Assembly: GCF_009914755.1 (NCBI RefSeq)
Contig: NC_060930.1
DNA length: 64,000 bases
Direction: 5' to 3' (one strand)
Source of the DNA: the human T2T-CHM13v2.0 reference genome, Homo sapiens
Shown piece after piece: positions 54,889 to 64,000 of the stretch. The translations under genes and the position numbers were made by a program. Under the pieces are notes generated by a model, which was given only the letters and a program-made list of their open reading frames with translations, did not search any database and was not told the DNA's origin. The stretch's first letter is position 1; each line of letters starts with the position of its first letter.

Positions 54889-57024
54889 AGAGGAGGAAGC
54901 TGCTCTTCCCCAGAGTGCGCGTTTTCAGGACAGCATTTTCAGATGTGCTGTGTTGCATGAGGACTGTGGAGAGTGTGAGAAGGGGAGGCCAGCCAGGCAG
55001 GGCCCACAGACAGCAGGGGTCAAACCATGGACATCTTTAGGGCATTTGTCCCTCCTGGTCCTTGGGAACAGCCCCAATTGTCCCCCTGGAGTGTGTCTGT
55101 GGCATTGGGCCCCCCTGGAGCGCCAGGGTTGGGGTGGGCAGTGGGGTGGGCAGAGTGCCGTAAGCTGGGTCTCTCAGTGGCTCCTCTCCTTCCAGCCAAT
55201 GTGCAATGCAGTCCAGCTCAGTCTCTGCAAGCCCAGCCATGGAGGACTCCACACAGGTACAGACCCATGACTGTCACTCCAGGTCTGCCGTGAGCCACTC
55301 CAGTTCACCGGCCAGCACCCCATCTTTAGACAGCGGGTGCGTAAGTCAGCCAGGTCCTGTGTCGCTTAAGCCTTCCTTCCTTGATATGTCCCAAAACGGC
55401 CTCTCGAGCTGCGGGGCAAGGCCTCCAGTCCTGCGTCTTGTGTTTGGGGAGCACGTCAGCTTCCAGGGCAGCAAACTCGCGGTGCTTCCTCTAAATGCTT
55501 AGACTATGGTACAAAAGATCCAAGAAATGCCAGTGGCATTCGGTTCCCCTTGCTGTGTCCTCCTGGCCCTTTCCATGAACCTTTTGTTCTGACAGGGAGG
55601 ACGGCCGGTGGCCTGGGTCTCACACTCGGCCACTTGAGTTCCCCGTGGGCCTCTGCAGCCTCCTCTGTGGGCCACATGTGTGTGGTTTGGGCAGAACGGG
55701 AGACTTCACAGGCCTCTGCTGGGAGCTCGCTTGTTTATTTTGGAAGAATTGTTTGTCTCTGCTGCTGACAGTGCAGCCTGAATCCTGTTTTGTTATTTCG
55801 CCGTCCGCGTGTTCTGTCAAAGACCAGTGGCCTTCTGCCCTCATCTGCTGCCTGTTTTGTTATTTCGCCGTCCGCATATTCTGTCAAAGACCAGTGGCCT
55901 TCTGCCCTCATCCGCCACCTGTTTTGTTATTTCGCCATCCGCGTGTTCTGTCAAAGACCAGTGGCCTTCTGCCCTCATCTGCTGACCGCCTGACTGCACT
56001 AAGCAGCATTAGATGACATTTTTCCGTCACTGAATTTTTAGGTCAAGCCAGTTCTATCGCTGCAGAATAGATAACTGAACGGCAGCGTGACAGCCTTTGG
56101 GGCAGGGGGGCCGTCTCCGGATAAGACACGTTTGTCTTTTTCCCAGGCACACAGCCTTTGCCGTTTCAGAGCCAGGGCTTTTCCTGAAGACTGCATTTCT
56201 ATCAGCTGCACCTTGTGCAGGTCCCACCCCCTCATGCCCCTCCCTTACTCTAACAGGTGCAGAAGGGGAAGGAATGTCTGTGCTTTTCCAGGTTGCGTCC
56301 TTTCTGTAATGTGACTCACCTGTTCCGCAATATTTTTTAAGCATTTACAGGCTGCGCAGAATTGCGGAGGATGAAAGTTTGACAGAGACGTGGGCTGACC
56401 TGAGGGAGTCATGGGCAGCAAGGCCAGTGACAAGGCAGATACAAGAATAACTGCAGCGTAGGGACCGAATAGTGCACGCTGCAGCCTCCCGGGGGTGCAG
56501 CCAGTGGGGGATGAACAGACCCGTGGTCCTCCACACAGAGGTCAGCACACATCCAGGTGCATTTCCAAACACACCAGGTTGGTGTGTCTGCCAGGACCCC
56601 TGAGCAACCAAAGCCCACAGTGCCCCTCCCTGCCCCCGGCCCACCCCGTCCAGGACCCTCACCGACTGCCTACAGCCACTGAAGGGTAGAAGGGACCCGA
56701 ACTTGGTCGAAGAGGAGGAAGCTGCTCTTCCCCAAAGCGCACATTTTCAGGACAGCATTTTTAGAGGCGCTGTGTTGCATGAGAACTGTGGAGAGTGTGA
56801 GGAGGGGAGGCCAGCCAGGCAGGGGCCACAGAGAGCAGGGGTCAATCCATGGACGTCTTTAGGGTCTCTGCCCATCTTGGTCCTCAGGAACAGCCCCAGT
56901 TGCTCCCCATGAAGTGCATCTATGGCATTGGGGCCCCCCGGAGCACCAAGGTTGGGGCTGACAGTGGGGTCGGCAGAGCGCCATGAGCTGGGACAGGAGG
57001 CGTCCCCTCTCCTTCCAGCCAATG
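54889..57024 (+). repeat. ~313-bp direct duplication (54889-55201 and 56711-57024)
   Basis: Colinear from agaggaggaagctgctcttcccca to ctccttccagccaatg; roughly 80-85% identical by eye. Confidence 0.93.
55784..55984. repeat. 67-bp tandem repeat x3
   Basis: Exact 67-bp period: cctgttttgttatttcgcc...ccctcatctgctg. Confidence 0.96.
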
Positions 57025-59001
57025 CACTGGGCTGGACCCCCAGGTTTACAGAAAAGTGGGGCAGACCCTGGAGAACTGCTTTGTCATGAGATGGGGTGCT
57101 CACCCCCACCAGGCATAGCGTTCCTCCTTGCCCCTGGTAGTGCAAGGACCAGGCCATACCCATCGCAGTGTGGAAGCTGAGTCCATGCAGTGTCCGGTGG
57201 CGAGTGCTGTGCCCACTGGGAGGCTCGCCGAAAGCCATCCAAGAGGTCTGGGCTCCTCTGAGGCTGACTCGAGGGGGCTGCCCAGACAGAAAATCCTGGC
57301 CTTGCGATTTCAATCTCAGACCAACCCACCTGTGAACACTGCCTTCTCATGTGGACGTGGGGAATGAGGAGGAGACACGGCAAGCTTGGGACCAAAGGAA
57401 AAAGAGGCTGACCTTGAAGCCTCCTCCAGTGAGGGACAAAAAGTCACGGCCTCAGCTGGCAGAAGGTGCTTGATAAACCACAGGCTCCTGCCCCCAGCAC
57501 TCTGGCCCCAGGGACACTCAGACGTGATAGAGTCCAGACACATCCCTGAGAGCCACACCACACACCTCGCGCCCCTGTTGTCCCATAAGAAGAGCCCCTC
57601 CCGGCAGACAAAACCCTCTCATGTGTGACTCAACCACGCCATAAGAGAGGCTCAGGTGAGGAGGTTTAACCGAGAGGCCAGTCGGGCAGAGTCCTGGGGG
57701 AAGCCAGCAGCATCTGGCTGGGCCTTCTCCTGGCTGTCCCTGCCCCTCGGCCCCCAACTGAGACAGAGGGAGGCTGGGAGCCTGGTCCCCCACCCTGGCC
57801 TTTTGGTGCAATCTTATCAGGAATGCGTGTGCCCTGTTTTTCCTCAGACACTCCACAGGAATGTGTCGAAACGCACAGCAACATGGCGTCCCCAGGGCTG
57901 GTGACACAGCCCCTCTGGCAACCTGGCTTCTGCGGCAGCTGGTGACGCCGTCTGCCCTGGGCCTCCATCCTGAGCAATATCACAGCGTCAGTTCACTGTC
58001 CCTCCCTGGAGGGACCTCCCCCACATGAAACCCTGCTCCAGAAGCATGGGTGGTCTCAGCCTGCATTCCCCAGGGAGAATGAGGTCTCTCCTTCTCCGTC
58101 CTGGGCTCCCTGCAGCCAGAGGGGTGATCAAGCGGCAGGAGAAGCCAGGAATGACCCCAAGGACACAGTCGGGTGACCGGTTATCACCCTGGACACAGGA
58201 GGCATCCACACAGAGACGGGTGGACGCAGAGCCAGGCCCCCCAGGATCCTCATCCCTTCTCTTCCTCCTGTGGTCACTGGGGACGTGACCCAGGGACAGG
58301 CCCTTCCCCAGGAAGGCTAAGCACGAAGTCCCACCCTTCTTGCGATCGAGGCCAGCAACATTGGTGTTCATGATGTCAGCCAAGGATGGAAGCTCCAAAT
58401 CGCTCACTGCCCAGACTTGTGAAAACTAAATGGCTGCCCTTTTCCTTGGAACCTCTTTTCTGAAAGCACACAGGAATCTTCAGTTTTCCGCGGAGACCTG
58501 GAAGGAACTGAAAACCCAGGTTTAGTACAAGGAGAGCGTTAGAGATCTTACTAAATATTTAAGGAGGCTAAGAGTACAGCAGGCATTCTGTCTAAAAATC
58601 ACAGGCTACAAAAGGAATCAGCGACCTTTGGTCCCAGTGACCCAATCAACGCTGAATCGCAGAGTCGTGTTGAGGGAGTTACAGACTGATGGTTTCTCCA
58701 GGACAGGCTGCATCAGAACGTAGAATACCAGTGTGACCGACCCAATGCACTCCTGTTCTTTTGAATTAAAAAATGACAAAATCCAAGTTGCTGTTCAAAT
58801 CAGTAGGAAACCCAGCTGCTAAGGTTTATGGCAGTTGGGCCTGCTTGGAAGTCACAGTTCATGTCAATGCAAACTCATGGATACAGTGCAGGCTGGCCAG
58901 ATTAAATAAAAGTTTTCCATTCCACTTCTATTCTGCAGTCTCATGCAGCCAACACTTTTCCTTGTTTAGTGTGGAAATGTTAGGTGCTCAGACCTGAGGC
59001 A

Positions 59002-60216
59002 CTACAGTCACACTACAATCTACAGTCATACTATCATCTTCAGTCACACTACCATCTACAGTCGCACTGCCATCTACAGCCACACTGCCACCTACAACCA
59101 CACTGTCATTTACACCCACTGCCACCTAAGTCACACTACCATCTACAGCTACACTGCCATCTTCAGTCTCACTGCCATCTACAGCCACACTGCCATCTAC
59201 AGCCACACTGCCACCTACAGCCACACTGCCATCTACAGCTGCACTGCCATCTACAGCCACACTGCCACCTACAGCCACACTGCCATCTACGGCCACACTG
59301 TCATTTACACCCACTGCCACCTAAGTCACACTACCATCTACAGCTACACTGCCATCTTCAGTCTCACTACCATCTACAGTCGCACTGCCATCTACAGCCA
59401 CACTGCCACCTACAGCCAACTGCCATCTGCAGCCACACTGCCATCTACAGCCACACTGCCATCTACAGCCACACTGTCATTTACACCCACTGCCACCTAA
59501 GTCACATTACCATCTACAGCTACACTACCATCTTCAGTCTCACTGCCATCTACAGCCACACTGCCACCTATGGTTGCACTGCCACCCACAGCCACACTGC
59601 CGTCTACGGCCACACTGCCATCTACAGCCACATTGCCACCCACGGCCACACTGCCACCCACGGCCACACTGCTGTCTACAGCCGCACTGCCATCTACAGT
59701 CGCACTGCCACCTACAGTCGCACTGCCACCCACGGCCACACTGCCACCCACGGCCACACTGCCATCTACAGCCACACTGCCATCTACGGTCACACTGCCA
59801 CCTACGGTTGTACTGCCACCCACGGCCACACTGCCACCCACGGCCACACTGCCATCTACAGCCACACTGCCATCTACAGCCACACTGCCATCTACGGCCA
59901 CGCTGCCATCTACAGCCACGCTGCCACCTACAGCCACACTGCCACCTACGGTTGCACTGCCACCCACAGCCACACTGCCGTCTACGGCCGCACTGCTGTC
60001 TACAGCCGCACTGCTGTCTACAGCCGCACTGCCATCTATAGTCGCACTACCACCTACAGTCGAACAGCCATCTACAGCCACACTGCCATCTACAGTCGCA
60101 CTGCCACTTACAGCCGCACTGCCATCTACAGTGGCGCTAACATCTACATTCACGCGGCCATCTACAGTCACACTACCATCTACAGCCGCGCTGCCACCTA
60201 CAGCTGCACTGCCATC
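59002..60216. repeat. 18-bp VNTR x~67 (CACTGCCATCTACAGCCA)
   Basis: Read directly; interruption block cactgtcatttacacc at 59101, 59296 and 59472. Confidence 0.97.
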
Positions 60217-61019
60217 GTTATCACGTGGGGAGGGACTGCAAGGCCACCCAGTGCTCTCCCACCACACTTCACATTTTCCTTCCTTCACATGCCTCGTTCT
60301 TGCATGAATGAAGTTTTCACACTGCATCTCTACTTCAAGAGAAACAAAGAAAAACAGTCTCACTAAACAAAATCACCAACTTCCCTGGCTGAGAGCTCAG
60401 AGCACTTAGGATCTAAATAGAAGACTGTTCCATGGTTGCTGTTCAACAGTGACATGTACCTGACACTACCCTACTTCGGGAGGTCAGGGTCCAAGGTAAA
60501 CCAGAGAGGAATCTAATTAAGACTTGTTAATCAGTGAATAATCAATTATTGAAAATTAACCATTACATTCGTAGGAGAGTCTGGCTAGCAGTTCCCTAGG
60601 TGTGATGGCATGCTTTGACGGCAGCCTCCAGTACTGAAGACCTTGATCCCTGGTGATGGAATCCCATTACAGTGAATGTCCCTCCAGCCCACACTACAGG
60701 GTAGGAGAACAAAATGAACAAAAAATCTAGATAAATCAGAATTGTTTCAGACTTTTCAGGAGAAAAAAAATCCAAGAATCCCAGAGACAGATTCCAGTTG
60801 AATTGGAAAATAGCAGGGCAGTCTCTCTTCTTATCCATCTGTCCCTCATTTACTCATGTTTGCACTCAGGAAACCCCCATGAAACAGCTTGCAGGTATCG
60901 AGGCTACAGAAACGAAGGTGCATAACACAGAGGACTTGCTCTCCAGAAGGGCACCGTCTGAGGGCTATGGGGAGATGGATGAGGAAGAAGATATTTGCAA
61001 AACTAAACAAAAAAGAAGG

Positions 61020-61530
<511 letters not shown>

Positions 61531-61859
61531 AGTACCTATGTCCTTGTCCTACACTCTCCTGTCTATAGAAAGGGTGTTTTCCATTTATTTGCTCACTTAC
61601 GGGTGGTTTGTTGAGCTCTGGGTGGATAGGGATGCATATGTTATAATAGCCATGGTCCCTGTCCTCATTCTGCTTACAACTTTGATCAAAAAAGCTTCCA
61701 GAGATGAGGACATGCTGGAAAACGACCCAGTCAGCCTCCTTCCCTGGAATTCCCCTAAGACATTCCTGGGTTTCTCATCAAGCGTTTGCTGACCGTGTCT
61801 GCATTTAGCAGATTTCAGGTTTTGGAGAGATTTCCTGCCACTCACAGTTAGTTATCTAT

Positions 61860-62125
61860 TTGAAGGCAACTGCAATTGGGGAAAAGTTCCTTTTTGTATG
61901 AAGGTGAAATTTCCCTACAATTTCTACTCGTTGGTTCTTGCTATCTCTGCCCACGAGGCCTCCATGGAAAAGATGTCTTCCTTCTTTTGTGCATAACTTT
62001 GGGAATATTTGGAAACATTTCTGAGGTTTCCCGTATACCCTTTCTCTAACTCCTCCAAGCTAAACCTCAGAAATGCCCTCTCCCTGTCATCCAAGAAGTG
62101 ATATCAGAATCTTTATCATTGTGGC
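61860..62125 (-). mobile_element. L3/CR1 relic
   Basis: aaagttcctttt...tgaaat...ttggttcttg...aatatttggaaaca...ctccaagctaaac. Confidence 0.6.
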
Positions 62126-62493
62126 CAGACCCTGGGGGTGGACTTAAGGCTAGTAAAGTAAAAGGAGATCTAAGCGTGGCCCGTGCTGAGCTTCCGGGGA
62201 TGGGCCACGCATGGCATGCATTCATTTGTGGACATTTCCCTGGGAACCTTACGTATTGGGTCCATGTGACATTCCCAGGGCTGCGGCTCACTACAGAGGG
62301 CTTGAACCTCATACTGACATTAAAGAAAGCTGAGTCCTGCCTTTGTATTCATCAGTGCTTTTTAATGATGGCAGAGCAGGCTATGGAGTCAGACTGCCTG
62401 AATTCAAAGCATACTGTGTAATCTTCAGCAACCTGCTCACTCTCCAAGCTGAGTTTATGCCTTTGTACGTGGGTTGGGAAATTAAAAGAGTTA

Positions 62494-62863
62494 TGTATTA
62501 GTCCGTTTTCATGCTGCTGGTAAAGACATACCCGAGATTGGGTAATTTATAAAGAAAAGGAGGTTTAATGAACTCCCAGCTCCTCATGGCTGGGGAGGCC
62601 TCACAATCATGGTGGAAGGCAAGGGAAGAACAAAGGCACGTCTTACATGGTGGCCAGCAAAAAGAGAGATCTTGTGTAGGGGAACTCCTCCTTATAAAAC
62701 CATCAGATCTCGTGAGACTTATTAACTGTCACGAGAACAGCACAGGAAAGACCCACCTCCATGATTCAATTACCTCCAACCAGGTCTCTCCCACAGCACA
62801 TGGGAATTATGGGAGCTACAATTCAAGATAAGATTTGGGTGGGGACACAGCCAAACCATATCA
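62494..62863 (-). mobile_element. THE1 (B/C-type) solo LTR inserted in a MIR
   Basis: tgtattagtccgttttcatgctgct...ggggacacagccaaaccatatca. TSD AGTTA/AGTTC. Confidence 0.94.
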
Positions 62864-63458
62864 AGTTCCATATATTTGTGGATGTGCATGTGTGTTTATA
62901 TATACAGTATATAAATGTATATATGTGTAAAATACATACATATATAGCACTTATTAAGTGCTTGGTTCACAGTATGCACTCTGAAAACATTAGATATCAT
63001 TATTATAGCACAAAATCATTCTAACTCAGTCGGCCAGACTCCAGACCTTGCTGCCTGTGCACTGTGCTCTGTGGCTTTGCTGCTTGGCCTCCACTGCTGC
63101 CTGACCATTTGATTCCATTGGGTTGGGTCAGCTCAGCTTTTCAGGTCATGCTGAAGTTTGATTTGTTATTCAAGTATTAACTCTGCCTCTAAGACTACAT
63201 TTGAAAAGCATGTATTATTCATCTTTTTTCAAATATTGCATTTTCTCGATCTTGGATGTACTGTTTCATATTTTCATGTTTGTGGGGAGAAGGGTGCATC
63301 TCACATTACAACATGGGCAGTATTTTTTTTCCTGGAAAGTGATGATTAAGTCCTGGCTCTGTCTTACACCTGGTGATATCTTACAAGTGAGAAAATGCAG
63401 TGAGTTACAGTATTCACTGGGACATGTAAAGGTTCTAAATGACAACACTTCTCTACAG

Positions 63459-63640
63459 CAATGGTTCTCAAACTTGGTTCCACAGCAATAGTTCTCACAT
63501 TGGAACCATCTGGTGACCAGCAGTAAAATAAAAAAACACTGGTGCCCAGGGCTCACCCCCAAGAGATTCCATGACTAGGAGCTGGGATGTTAAAAAGCTC
63601 CCCAGGTGATACGAAGGTGCACTTTGCACTAGACCCGAGC
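63459..63640. mobile_element. MER5A
   Basis: caatggttctcaaactt...aaaagctccccaggtgat. Confidence 0.7.
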
Positions 63641-64000
63641 CAACTCTTCCCCCATCTTCCCCCTTAGCTTCCTTCAGAGCATATGTAAGGACCGTCAATA
63701 ATTGCTGGCGTGATTAGCCGTGTCTGTGCCCCATCTCTTGAGGATAGGAGCATGCTGCGGCCAGTGTTTGGTGCATAGAAAGCACTCAGCATGCACTGCC
63801 TGGATGACCGTGTGGACTTCGGCCACTCACCAGCACTGTTTGCTGCTTTTTGCCTGTGTAAATGTGCGTGTTTACTGTTTCTGCTATGGCAGCGACTGCA
63901 GGACTGCAGGACTGTGAACTTTGCCCTCATTTTTCACCGGCTTTATCTCCGCGAGAAACAAGCAGAGGAAGCAGCTGGGAAAGGCTGGACGGGAAACCGG

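Noticed and set aside
58984-60366. 460-aa His/Cys-rich ORF (HCHLQP / TAIYSH repeats)
   Set aside because: Translation of the 18-bp VNTR. It starts at GTG, slips between repeat frames, and other frames and strands are also open.

Overview
This is human (primate) non-coding DNA, GC-rich and dense in tandem repeats. A near-consensus AluYg6-type insertion points to human origin. I see no credible protein-coding gene, rRNA/tRNA or CRISPR array. All long ORFs come from stop-poor simple repeats/VNTRs or from decayed L1/Alu sequence. The window holds 6 Alus, a ~6 kb old L1 with a nested AluJ and Tigger3a, several MaLR solo LTRs (THE1, MST, MLT1), MER21, DNA transposons (MER33, MER58A, MER44, MER63, MER5A), MIR/L2/L3 relics and at least 10 mini/microsatellite arrays. 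The most interesting signal is three independent 100-200 bp inverted copies of nearby sequence (4792-4894 from 3602-3704; 23032-23138 from 25119-25225; 53280-53480 from 52322-52522). Their junctions show fold-back, microhomology or short flanking duplications typical of templated-insertion repair, and two older local direct duplications accompany them. Other candidates are a consensus intron suggesting a + strand lncRNA (29123-29498), a possible mRNA 3'-UTR retrocopy (~50966-51312), and an 18-bp VNTR whose unit resembles the CTCF motif. Repeat subfamily names come from recalled consensus sequences and need RepeatMasker confirmation. I cannot establish the chromosomal locus without BLAT.
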